This document shows positions 38,544-47,589 of a stretch of 64,000 nt of DNA, piece after piece (within the stretch, counting starts at the first letter, position 1; each line of letters begins with the position of its first letter). The position numbers and the translations under genes are program-made. Below the pieces are notes generated by a model, which was not told the origin of the DNA, made no database searches, and saw nothing but the letters and a program-made list of their open reading frames with translations. The stretch is from positions 2,784,001-2,848,000 of the forward strand of contig OZ254086.1 in assembly GCA_965267575.1 (NCBI GenBank), given 5' to 3'. The stretch is from Calditrichales bacterium (GTDB lineage Bacteria > Calditrichota > Calditrichia > Calditrichales > J004).

Positions 38544-38571
38544 AAAAAAGGCGGGTTAGTCCCGCCTTTTT
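38544..38571. terminator. Bidirectional terminator
   Basis: AAAAAAGGCGGG-TTAGT-CCCGCCTTTTT between convergent genes. Confidence 0.85.
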
Positions 38572-38598
38572 AGTTTGATTTGCTCGTCGAAAACGAAT

Positions 38599-38961
38599 CT
38601 ATTTTTTAAAGCTAATAAGCAACTGCACATATTTGCCGGGTTGGCCCTGCTGTTCCAATACCGCGTTGTAAGGTGCCAGCGCCTCGTTTACCCGGGCACT
38701 GATTTCCGGCAGTTCCGTCACATCGCTAAAGGCGGTGAAACTAATTGTAATGCTGCTCCTCGTTGCGTTAAGCGAAATGTGCAGGGATTGTTCGCTGAGC
38801 TGCTGCACATAATTAATGCAGTAATTAATCACCTTTACAAGCGGCGTTACATCTGCTGTCTCAATGGTGCAGTCAAATTCCAGGGCAAGCTCGGCGTCCA
38901 TCTGCTTCTGTTCTTTGATCATTAAAAGAAGATTTCGGAGATCAATGCTTTGGTTGTCCAT
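38599..38961 (-). CDS. Hypothetical 120-aa protein, paralog of 3043..3405
   Basis: Ungapped similarity to 3043..3405 including identical PLVKVINY. Confidence 0.7.
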   Translation of the reverse strand: MDNQSIDLRNLLLMIKEQKQMDAELALEFDCTIETADVTPLVKVINYCINYVQQLSEQSLHISLNATRSSITISFTAFSDVTELPEISARVNEALAPYNAVLEQQGQPGKYVQLLISFKK

Positions 38962-39083
38962 AACAACCTTTCGATTTGATTAAGGTTTATTTATACCAAA
39001 TTTAGCGGGCTATTAAAATACTACGTTTGACCATGAGCGAAGTAGTTATTCTGCAATAAAAAAATTTTAATGATTGTAGGAGG

Positions 39084-39741
39084 TTAATCATTAAACGCTA
39101 GTATTTTCCACGTGGGGCCTATCTTAGCAATAGTTTCAATGAACCACTCTTCTTGATTCCCTTCAAATTTAAACAGAATTTCTGACTTCCAATAACATTG
39201 ATCAGTTAGCTCTCCAATTTCCTTTGGCTTACCGCGCTTTAAACTAAGGAACTCCGCTCTTTGAAAGCCAGGTTTTGAATCTATTAGAAAGTTGTCCAAA
39301 CGAGAAAAATTATATTTAGCGAGCTTTTCAACAACAAAAAAATTGTTTCTCTTCCTAATGTTTTTTTGAATGTCTCTCCTTAAGACATCAATGAATTTTT
39401 TTAATGGCAATTGCAAAGAGTCGTTAATTGCAATAAACAGAATCAAGCTTTGGATGAAATAGGTTTATTACCTGAAGTAATTGAACCACTATTTGTAATT
39501 TGTATTTGTAATTAAACTCTTCAATGTTAAAATTATCTTTTTTAAGAGCTTCGTTGACCTGTAATAATTCTTCTTTCGTTAGGCCAAATTTTTCTATTTT
39601 ATCTACTTCATTAAATGAGGACGTAGATTTCAATTTTTGAATATAAGCAAAGCACAAATCTTCTGGGGTATCATAGTAATTTGTTTGGCAAGATAAGAAT
39701 AGAATAAAGATTGAAAAATAAAAAACGTTTCTAGCTTTCAT
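39084..39741 (-). pseudogene. AT-rich lipoprotein gene apparently split by a frameshift
   Basis: ORF 39424..39741 (lipobox FLSC) overlaps ORF 39084..39446, which has a TTG start and no evident RBS. Confidence 0.5.
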
Positions 39742-39783
39742 ATAAACCCTTTTTTACTTGCTCATACGACCGTCGATTGACGA

Positions 39784-40476
39784 TTAGACAATATGAATTC
39801 CAATACCTTTATTAAACATTTTATTTTCGTCATCATACCAATCACCAATATGGTTTAATTCTATTATCTTTGATGTAGGCTTAGTATTTGACGCAGCAAT
39901 TAGTACCTCTAGTCTATATATTCCCGGCCCAACAAGATGCTGCAAACTATTAGGTTTTACTTCTAACTCAAAACCGAAAATGGTCTTCCTTTTATCAAAA
40001 GAAATGTCATCCTCATTTAGAAATGATGCTCTCCCGCTTGGTTTGATAATATATCCTAAGTCACAATGTCTTGACATATTCATGGCTATTGAAGGAAAGT
40101 ATGTGCTGCGATTAGAATGAGTCCATATCAAGTTCATTGGAATAAACGATTTAATCTTACGAAATGCACCATCTGGATGCTTTTTGTATAGATCTTTAGC
40201 TAACACTTCAATTGATTCGGCCTTTACACTTCCAACGTTTTTTATCAAAATTCGAAAAACATAGATATCTACTCTTTCTTTATAATTAATATTGCGCTTG
40301 GTACGCTCACAGTTTGGTGGACTTAAATTACATTCGATTTCAAATGAAGGTTTGAATATTACGGCCTTTAGCCAGTCGCCAAAAACCGCTATTATTAGCG
40401 CAACAACCGCTGCCAAGAATGTTGCGATAACAAGCCACCATGTTACATTAATGAGTTCTTGATTTGTGTTAACCAT
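39784..40476 (-). CDS. AT-rich hypothetical membrane-anchored protein
   Basis: Long ORF with one N-terminal TM and a beta-rich remainder. Confidence 0.7.
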   Translation of the reverse strand: MVNTNQELINVTWWLVIATFLAAVVALIIAVFGDWLKAVIFKPSFEIECNLSPPNCERTKRNINYKERVDIYVFRILIKNVGSVKAESIEVLAKDLYKKHPDGAFRKIKSFIPMNLIWTHSNRSTYFPSIAMNMSRHCDLGYIIKPSGRASFLNEDDISFDKRKTIFGFELEVKPNSLQHLVGPGIYRLEVLIAASNTKPTSKIIELNHIGDWYDDENKMFNKGIGIHIV

Positions 40477-40589
40477 TACTTTCCTAATTAAAATTTTAAA
40501 ATATAAGTAATAAAGGCTCTTAGGCACGCCTGATTTAATTTACTTATAAATATAAACAGCCCGCCAAAAAATACAACTACAAAATTCCG

Positions 40590-41237
40590 TTAGAATGGGC
40601 GTGCCACCCTCCTGGGCATCCGGGCTAAACGGTAGCGCGTAACCCGGATATTCGCCGTGGGCAGAACATGCAAAAAGAGCGCGACCATAAGCGAAGTCAG
40701 CAATGCTGTAAAACTGCCACGCAAGCCACAGGAAATCATAAACGGGAGTGTCAGCGCAAATCCCCACACATGCACTGCTTCGGCGTCAGAAAGAGCGGCA
40801 TGCACTTCCTCCAGCTTACCGCGCCCTCCGGATAAAAAGACGTTGCCGCCCAGCTTCTTGAGCGGCGTCTTTTTGAGCAGCGCTGAAAAAAGGCCTAACC
40901 CCGAAAAAGGCGATGAAAGTATGTTGTATTCGGAATGGGAAACTGTCCGCAGGAAAGGGGGGACCTTCAGTTGTACGACTGTGTTCAGCAAGCCGGTAAA
41001 CGCGGCAACCAGCAGCGTGCCGGCGATAGCAAAGATCGGTGAGTCAAAGCCAAAAGCCATGGCAAAACAGGTGACGGACAAGCTTACGCCCAGCGTTCCC
41101 GCCGCAGATAACCACAACCGTTTAGCAAAAGTCCCCGCTGAACGTCCCAGTGCGCGACTGCGGTAAACGGTCATCCCTGCCAGGGCGCCGCCGGTGCTTC
41201 CCGCCAGCACATACAAAACATAGTTTAGACTGTCCAT
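40590..41237 (-). CDS. Membrane protein with weak resemblance to CrtO-like acyltransferases
   Basis: Several TM segments; AE..H.W and P....RYRL in the C-terminal half. Confidence 0.45.
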   Translation of the reverse strand: MDSLNYVLYVLAGSTGGALAGMTVYRSRALGRSAGTFAKRLWLSAAGTLGVSLSVTCFAMAFGFDSPIFAIAGTLLVAAFTGLLNTVVQLKVPPFLRTVSHSEYNILSSPFSGLGLFSALLKKTPLKKLGGNVFLSGGRGKLEEVHAALSDAEAVHVWGFALTLPFMISCGLRGSFTALLTSLMVALFLHVLPTANIRVTRYRLARMPRRVARPF

Positions 41238-41307
41238 CGCGTATTTAGGTGGAAAATTCCTGTATAATAAATTTAGCTAAAGGGCCGTAAAATACAACGC
41301 AAAAAAA

Positions 41308-41405
41308 ATAGAGACGCAGCACGCTACGTCTCTATGTGGATGTTGGCAAGCGGGTGGCAATAACTGTAATGGCGCGATTTAGACATAGCGTCTCTATGTC
41401 TCTAC
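41308..41405. repeat. REP-like palindromes (GTAGAGACG family)
   Basis: ATAGAGACGCAGC-AC-GCTACGTCTCTAT plus a degenerate copy ending GCGTCTCTATGTCTCTAC. Confidence 0.6.
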
Positions 41406-41422
41406 GAAATATGAAACGGATG

Positions 41423-42514
41423 TCAATAATTTATCTCAATCACAAACTCGATCATGGTTGCTTTGGATGAGCCGCGCTCCACGTAGTCATAATCCACCAA
41501 CACTTTTGAGTCGTCGTAAAAATAGTATGCCAGGCCGCCGATGTAGCGTACACTCGTTACATCGCTGGCTTTCTCTACGGTGAAATTATCATAACGCCCC
41601 ATTAAGCGGAATGGGCTTTGAAACAATCTTACCTCTGAAAAAAGGGAGTAGCCATGACGGTCGTAGGGCTCCGTTGCTTCTTCCAGGTCGTTACCCTGCA
41701 AATCGCCCGTGCCCATATAATATGTTGCGGTCGCGGTAAACTGGCGATGCTCCCAGGAAAGGAATCCGGCGTTAAAATTATACTCCGGTGATTGCGCGCT
41801 GTTACCTTTGCCAAACGCGCCGGCATAACTCAACTGGAAACCGGGTATAACATCGGGAAGCGGCCGCAGCGTTATGCGCCCCTCTACCAACTTATTTTCG
41901 TTATTCTCCAGTTTTTCATAGCCACCGCCGTTATATACGCCAAACGCCGCGCTGCCGTAGCGTCCCGGATATGCCCGCTTAACGTCACCTTTGGGAAGCG
42001 GTTCGCCGAAAAGAGTGATAACCGTAATGCCGTAATCCGCAGAGCGGAGAATGCCATAGCGCTCCAGAAACATGCTGCCCTGTACGCGGTACGGGTTTAT
42101 CTTTTGTTCAAAATCAATCCACGGGCGGTGGACGAGGCCAAATTCAACAAGCGGTCTATGTAGAAATCCCAGTTTCTCAATCATATAACGTATATAACCG
42201 TATTTAAGTCGAATCTCAATGTCTCCAACGCCGTCACCTTCTTGGTCTACAGTAATGTCCTGTGTTACGCGTGCCGTGAGATTATCGCTGAATTTTTTAG
42301 AGATCGTTACATAGCCGCGCTTCAGGATAAATTCGTTTGTGGTTACGCCGTCCACATCTTCATAATCATAGGCCAGAAACCACTGACCGGAAAACGAGAT
42401 GTCATCCAACGGCGAAGGATTCGAAGCCGGCGTTTGGGTTTGGGCCGACAGGGCTGCCATATAAAACAGGCAGGCCAGGCAAATATAAAAATTGCGCGAT
42501 TGTATTCGTTCCAT
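41423..42514 (-). CDS. Outer-membrane porin-like beta-barrel
   Basis: Signal peptide; LKRGYV, RLKYGY, DYG, GVYNG.GY and GRITLRP; C-terminal Y. Confidence 0.7.
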   Translation of the reverse strand: MERIQSRNFYICLACLFYMAALSAQTQTPASNPSPLDDISFSGQWFLAYDYEDVDGVTTNEFILKRGYVTISKKFSDNLTARVTQDITVDQEGDGVGDIEIRLKYGYIRYMIEKLGFLHRPLVEFGLVHRPWIDFEQKINPYRVQGSMFLERYGILRSADYGITVITLFGEPLPKGDVKRAYPGRYGSAAFGVYNGGGYEKLENNENKLVEGRITLRPLPDVIPGFQLSYAGAFGKGNSAQSPEYNFNAGFLSWEHRQFTATATYYMGTGDLQGNDLEEATEPYDRHGYSLFSEVRLFQSPFRLMGRYDNFTVEKASDVTSVRYIGGLAYYFYDDSKVLVDYDYVERGSSKATMIEFVIEINY

Positions 42515-42644
42515 GATCATACACTCCGTTTTTAGCGGGTTTAATTTCTTGCAGATTGTTAAGATAAGTTTCAAAACATATGGGGGCTAATATAATTCTA
42601 ACAAAGCAAAGAAAATACCCCCGGCGGATTTTAGTTTGGCATAT

Positions 42645-42680
42645 AAAAAAAACGCCGCCTTCAAATTAAGAAGACGGCGT
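42645..42680 (-). terminator. Rho-independent terminator after the MBL-rhodanese gene
   Basis: Minus strand ACGCCGTCTTC...GAAGGCGGCGT followed by a T run. Confidence 0.7.
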
Positions 42681-42703
42681 ATAAGGTTTGATTCGGATAT
42701 GTT

Positions 42704-44125
42704 TTAAGCGGATGCTTTTTCGGGGTAAGCTTTTATGACATCATAACCGGCGCGTTGCCAGGCTTCGATGCCGCCTTCCAGGTTGGTGGCGTATTTAAAG
42801 CCATGCTGCATCAGCAGGCTGCCGCCAATGGCCGAGCGTGCTCCGCTGGCACAGTACAGAACGGTGGGCTTGCTTTTGTCCAGTTCATCCAGGCGCTGTG
42901 GCAGATGGCCCAGGTGTATGTGCCGCGCTCCCTCGATGTAACCCGCTTCAACTTCGCTGCGTCCGCGGATGTCCACAAGCTGTACCGCGCCGCTTTCCAG
43001 TTGCTCTTTCAGGGTGTGTACATTCACCGCTTTGGCTGTTTCCCAGATATGGCCTTCTTCATGCCAACCAGTGAAATCATCAAACCAGCCAACGATGTTG
43101 TCCAGACCTACGCGAACCAGTTTCGCGGTCACTTCGCGCAGGGCACCGGCCGGGGTCAATAAAATAATGGGCCGATCGTAATCAAGCAGCCAGCCGCTCC
43201 AGTTGGAAAAAGCCTTATTATTCTCAATGTTCAGCGTACCCGGGATGTGTCCTCTGGAAAAGGCCTGGCGGGTGCGCGTGTCAACAATCTGGTAGTTTTC
43301 GTCAAGAAGACCGGCCAGCTCATTCACGCTGATCTTCTCCGGCTGGGGCAGGGCGGGCAGCAGTTTACGCTCTATCTTGTTCAGTTTTTTCATCATCGCG
43401 AAATAGCGCGGCGGTTCAGGCTGGCCTTCCAGCAGGGCTTTTACAAAGCGTTCTTCGTCATCAATGCGCAGCGCCCAGTTGGACATTTTCTCGTAACCGA
43501 CGGTCGATCCGGGAACGGCGCCCAGTGCTTTGCCGCAGGCGGAACCGGCCCCATGCCCCGGCCACACCTGGATGTATTCCGGCAGCTCCTTAAAACGTTT
43601 CAGCGAATGGAACATCTGGCGCGCGCCGGGTTCGCGGGTACCCTGGATGCCGGCGGCTTCTTCCAGCAAATCGGGACGCCCCACATCGCCAACAAAAACG
43701 AAATCCCCGCTGAACAGCATAACCGGTGCCGGGCTGGCCGGCGTATCGGTCAGCAAAAAGCAGATATGTTCGGGGGTGTGTCCCGGCGTGTGCATCACCT
43801 GGAATTTAAGATTGCCGACCTTGAACAGATTGCCGTCCTTCAGGCCCGTGTGCGGGATGGCGTATTGCCAATCCGGTCCGCCCTCATCGGAAAGCAGCAG
43901 TTCGGCGCCTGTTTCGGCAGCCAGCTCCGGCGCACCGCTAAGGTAATCGGCATGGATATGCGTTTCCGCCACTTTGGTGATTTTCATGTTTTTGCTGCGG
44001 GCATATTCCAGGTAGACCTCAATATCACGGCGCGGATCTATCACGATCGCTTCACCGCTGGCCTGGCAGCCAATGAAGTAACTGGCCTGTGCCAAACCCG
44101 GTTCGTAGATGCGTTCAAAAAGCAT
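42704..44125 (-). CDS. MBL-fold persulfide dioxygenase fused to two rhodanese domains (CstB-like)
   Basis: ETHIHADY, HTPGHTPEH, GDVGRPDL and PGHGAGSACG; active rhodanese YCASGARS. Confidence 0.9.
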   Translation of the reverse strand: MLFERIYEPGLAQASYFIGCQASGEAIVIDPRRDIEVYLEYARSKNMKITKVAETHIHADYLSGAPELAAETGAELLLSDEGGPDWQYAIPHTGLKDGNLFKVGNLKFQVMHTPGHTPEHICFLLTDTPASPAPVMLFSGDFVFVGDVGRPDLLEEAAGIQGTREPGARQMFHSLKRFKELPEYIQVWPGHGAGSACGKALGAVPGSTVGYEKMSNWALRIDDEERFVKALLEGQPEPPRYFAMMKKLNKIERKLLPALPQPEKISVNELAGLLDENYQIVDTRTRQAFSRGHIPGTLNIENNKAFSNWSGWLLDYDRPIILLTPAGALREVTAKLVRVGLDNIVGWFDDFTGWHEEGHIWETAKAVNVHTLKEQLESGAVQLVDIRGRSEVEAGYIEGARHIHLGHLPQRLDELDKSKPTVLYCASGARSAIGGSLLMQHGFKYATNLEGGIEAWQRAGYDVIKAYPEKASA

Positions 44126-44138
44126 TTTTTATTCCCCT

Positions 44139-44927
44139 TTACAGTTTACTTATTTCTGTTATAAAAATATATCCGCTCATCAGCAGAATAAACCAGCCAA
44201 AGGATGTTTTGAGTTTATCACCATCAATATAATGGCTGAGAAAGGCGCCCGCCACTATGCCGGCTATGGTCAGGCCGCTAAAGCTTAGCAGCAACAGCCA
44301 GTTCATATCCATCACGGCAACATCTCCCAAAAAACCGATCAGCGATTTTACCGCGATGATCAGCAGGGAAGAGCCTACCGCCGTTTTCATCGGCAGGCCG
44401 GCCAGCAACACCAGCGCCGGCACAATCAGAAAGCCGCCACCCGCGCCGACCAGGCCGGTAAAAAAGCCCACGGCCAGGCCTTCAAGCACAATCAAAATGG
44501 GACGCATACGATGCTCTTCCTGTGCTTTGGGCTTTGCCTTGCGTATCATTGAAAATGAAGCCAGCAGCATCAGCAGGGCAAACAGCAGCATGATCGCCAG
44601 GTTTTTACTCAGTGCCCATTCGGCTCCCTGCCACAGGGTTTCCGGCAGCGCGGGCAAGACAACACGGCGCGTGAGATAAACCGCGATAAAAGCCGGTATG
44701 CTGAAAAAGAAAGCGGTCTGCCAGGCCACTTGCTTGCGTTTTATGTACTGGCCCATCCCGGCCAGTGCGGTGATGCCGACGATAAACAGGGAGTACGCCG
44801 TTGCCTGCAGCGGCTCAATTTCCAGCAGATAAACCAAAGCCGGGACGGTCAGTATCGAGCCTCCGGCGCCAACAAGACCCAGTACTATGCCAATAATAAC
44901 CGCTGCCGCAATCGCTTCAATATTCAA
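44139..44927 (-). CDS. TauE/SafE sulfite exporter family protein
   Basis: Duplicated GLVGAGG(S/G)..(T/I)VPALV motif; TTG start. Confidence 0.9.
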   Translation of the reverse strand: MNIEAIAAAVIIGIVLGLVGAGGSILTVPALVYLLEIEPLQATAYSLFIVGITALAGMGQYIKRKQVAWQTAFFFSIPAFIAVYLTRRVVLPALPETLWQGAEWALSKNLAIMLLFALLMLLASFSMIRKAKPKAQEEHRMRPILIVLEGLAVGFFTGLVGAGGGFLIVPALVLLAGLPMKTAVGSSLLIIAVKSLIGFLGDVAVMDMNWLLLLSFSGLTIAGIVAGAFLSHYIDGDKLKTSFGWFILLMSGYIFITEISKL

Positions 44928-45003
44928 TGTGAGTTAGTCCGTGGTTGAGTTATTTTATTATCTGATGCCTTTGATGCAGCAAAATGCGTGGTGTTGCAAA
45001 GTG

Positions 45004-45035
45004 GGTCCGTTGGTCTTGAAGTCTTGGGGTCTCGA
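45004..45035. repeat. Degenerate 8-mer tandem repeat, 4 units
   Basis: ggtccgtt ggtcttga agtcttgg ggtctcga. Confidence 0.5.
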
Positions 45036-45110
45036 GATCGCTCTACGCGTCCGGAAGCATTATCGCTTAAAACTTAACCGGGTTGCGTAGTGAAGCAATA
45101 CAGTGCCCGT

Positions 45111-45482
45111 TTATTCCTGCGATATTGGTAAGGATCTTATTCGGATACGCTCATCTTCGAAAACTGCTATACAACCGGCTTCAATGTCTTTTCTGAGGTG
45201 GGGGAGGTTTAATTCTAATTGCTTTGTTTGTGCTTTCGGGGTTTTTTCAGTCTGTCGAAACAATACAAAGGATGGTTTGGAATTTCCTCTTAAAGCCAGC
45301 AATGTGGCAAAATCCGTGTCCGCGGAAACAATTGTCCTATCCTGGTCTAATGCTATTTGTAAAACTTCTGAGTCCAGAGCCTTTGCTTTGCCAATGTCAC
45401 GAACATGGACAGCGTCATATCCAAGTTCATTGAGCCTGTCAGACACTAAGGGTGACAAGGCATTGTCGATCAGGAACCTCAT
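45111..45482 (-). CDS. DUF5615 PIN-like toxin
   Basis: MRFLIDNALSP, DAVHVRD, D.EV and VSADTDF. Confidence 0.88.
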   Translation of the reverse strand: MRFLIDNALSPLVSDRLNELGYDAVHVRDIGKAKALDSEVLQIALDQDRTIVSADTDFATLLALRGNSKPSFVLFRQTEKTPKAQTKQLELNLPHLRKDIEAGCIAVFEDERIRIRSLPISQE

Positions 45483-45709
45483 GCGCTTTTTACGATCGGC
45501 AATTGTCTTTCCTGAACTGATTTTGCCGCAAAAAGCAAAGCTTCCCGTATATCTTCTTTTTCCAAATCAGGAAATGCCTTGATGATCTCCTTTGTTGTCA
45601 TACCGTTCGCTACCATTCCGACAACGGTTGCAACAGGAATGCGTAAGTTGCGGATGCATGGTACGCCCCCCATTTGCTCCTGATTTACGGTAATGCGAGA
45701 AAAATCCAT
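45479..45709 (-). CDS. DUF433 antitoxin
   Basis: RIT......GGVPCIR.LRIPV...G.T..EI...FPDL..EDI..AL.FAA. Confidence 0.92.
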   Translation of the reverse strand: MDFSRITVNQEQMGGVPCIRNLRIPVATVVGMVANGMTTKEIIKAFPDLEKEDIREALLFAAKSVQERQLPIVKSA

Positions 45710-45814
45710 GCAAGTTCTCCAAGTCTTTAATCAGAACATAGCAGCCAGAATATCACCAGTCAAGCGTGTTCCCCGGTTTGTGGATCAGGCTTGTCTTAAC
45801 GCGCTCTTACTTCT

Positions 45815-46372
45815 TTACAGCCCGCTGCTGAAGCCGCTGAACAGGGCACTGTTGATGGCGGGGAAGAGGCCCAGCACCTGCTTGATAACCGTAGCATGAC
45901 TGGTTTCTATGGGCAGGATGTCGGCAAAGAGGTTGCGGGCCGCAGCGGTCGTAAGCTGATCGCGAATGGCGCTGAAATAAAATTGCCCGGCACTGAACTC
46001 CACTTCCAGGGCAACGCGCAGGGCGGCGTTTTGCGAGGCCGGTGCCTGTGCCCGCGGATCGGGGCTTGCGGAAGAGAGATCCACGGCGTTGCGGCCGTTC
46101 TGTGTAAGCAGATTGTTTAATGCCTGCAGGTGACTGAAATGGTGCGCCCGGAAAAACTGCGCCGCGTCTGCTACAAATGGATCAGTGACTTTGCCGCTGG
46201 CGATGGCTGCATCGTACGTAAGCACGCCAAAGGCCTCAAACTCAGCACCGGATTGAATAATATCCAGATCGCCCTGCAGATCTTCCGCGGTACTTTGGGT
46301 TACCGTTTCGCAGGCCAGCAGTCCCCCGGCGGCAAGCGGCGGTAAGGATTTTATAAAATCGCGCCTTTTCAT
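45815..46372 (-). CDS. Tat-exported ferritin-like domain lipoprotein
   Basis: KRRDFIK twin-arginine motif, LLAC lipobox, helices with E....Y, HHFSH, LEVE....FY and IETSH. Confidence 0.78.
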   Translation of the reverse strand: MKRRDFIKSLPPLAAGGLLACETVTQSTAEDLQGDLDIIQSGAEFEAFGVLTYDAAIASGKVTDPFVADAAQFFRAHHFSHLQALNNLLTQNGRNAVDLSSASPDPRAQAPASQNAALRVALEVEFSAGQFYFSAIRDQLTTAAARNLFADILPIETSHATVIKQVLGLFPAINSALFSGFSSGL

Positions 46373-46380
46373 ATGTCCTC

Positions 46381-47589
46381 CTACATGCTTACCGAAAGAA
46401 TACTGCGGAATGTCCAGTCATCCACATCAAAGCTGGAATCGTCAAAAAACTGATCGCTGTAGGCGGCTTTAAGCAGCACATTACGCGCCAGTTTGTAGCC
46501 CGCCGCAACGCTCCAGCGGCTTACGTCATTGTCCCAGGGGTTGCCGTATTCGCGTGAAGCCTGCCATGGCCAGTCAAAACGTTCAAACACTAATTTTTCA
46601 AAGCGCCCCGCGATGTAGCTGCCCGGCAGAAAAGGCGGTTCAATTTTGAGATCCACGTAAGCGCCGTAATTCTCCAGCGTGTATTTGATCAGCTCGCCAT
46701 CGGTCTGCACCTGGAAACCGGCGGAGTTGGAAGCCGGCACTTCCCATCGACTGTAGATCGCCTCGGCGGATAGCTCAAAATAGGCATAGGCCAGGATGAT
46801 ATCGGTGCCGGCCAGAAGCTGGCGAAAGCGCTCCAGGCGATCATAGCGATTGTTGACCTGGGCCTCGCGCATGAAGCTGCCGTAGCTCAGGCTGATACCC
46901 TGTTGCCAGTAAATCAAAGGTTGGAAGCCAATGCGCAGCACACCGCCGGCGTTGTTCAGGTTGGTGTAGTTTTGCTGCGATGCCAGCGCGGCATTGGTGG
47001 CCGCCGCGGTCACGTCCAGAAGTTCCGGCACAATCACCCAGTTGAGCATGGCCCCTGTACTGTAGCCGCCAAAATATACAGTTGTCAATCCCACATCGGT
47101 GGCACCGTAAATACCGCTATCGCCGCTGCGTGGCCAGTAGCCGCGCGTATCGGAAACGTTGAGGAAATAGCCGTAAAGCAATGGCGCGTTGACGAAAGCA
47201 TTCTCACTTTGCAGCTGCCGCCGTGGATAGAGGCCAAAGGGATTAACAAAACGGCCCAGCGTGGCGGAAACGGGCAAGTCCTGTGGCTCCCATGAAACCA
47301 TCGCCAGCGTCACGCGCAGCGGATTAAGCTGCCCCGTACCCCAGATGTCCCATTGCAGGCGGCCGTTAAAAAACCAGTCCTGGCCGATTTCGGCGAACAT
47401 AAACAGGTTAAGCTGATGTATGGCCAAGTGCGGCTCGCGGAATTCGTTGTTGATGCCGTTGCTGGTAAACGCCGAATTTTCCCCTCCCGCCGCCATTTCC
47501 AGATCAACACTGCCGTTAAAGAAAATTTGTGATTGCAGCGGCAAGATTAGAAGCATTAAGACCACTGGAGTCCATAATTTTTTATTCAC
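46381..47589 (-). CDS. Outer-membrane beta-barrel protein of unknown function
   Basis: Signal peptide; LGRFVNPFG; alternating beta-strand pattern to the C-terminus; GTG start overlaps the cyclase stop. Confidence 0.72.
   Translation of the reverse strand: MNKKLWTPVVLMLLILPLQSQIFFNGSVDLEMAAGGENSAFTSNGINNEFREPHLAIHQLNLFMFAEIGQDWFFNGRLQWDIWGTGQLNPLRVTLAMVSWEPQDLPVSATLGRFVNPFGLYPRRQLQSENAFVNAPLLYGYFLNVSDTRGYWPRSGDSGIYGATDVGLTTVYFGGYSTGAMLNWVIVPELLDVTAAATNAALASQQNYTNLNNAGGVLRIGFQPLIYWQQGISLSYGSFMREAQVNNRYDRLERFRQLLAGTDIILAYAYFELSAEAIYSRWEVPASNSAGFQVQTDGELIKYTLENYGAYVDLKIEPPFLPGSYIAGRFEKLVFERFDWPWQASREYGNPWDNDVSRWSVAAGYKLARNVLLKAAYSDQFFDDSSFDVDDWTFRSILSVSM

Noticed and set aside
39745..39790. Possible integron attC site between the AT-rich genes
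   Set aside because: No convincing RYYYAAC...GTTRRRY pair with an internal palindrome, and no integrase in the window
40590..41237. Carotenoid pathway assignment (crtO)
   Set aside because: Only a weak motif resemblance and no other crt genes in the window
41423..42514. Porin as part of the tauE-MBL operon
   Set aside because: A terminator at 42645-42680 separates them, so co-transcription is unsupported
43247..44164. 305-aa plus-strand ORF, and similar long antisense ORFs at 5928, 10885, 17354, 23065 and 28302
   Set aside because: All lie opposite well-supported genes and reflect codon bias
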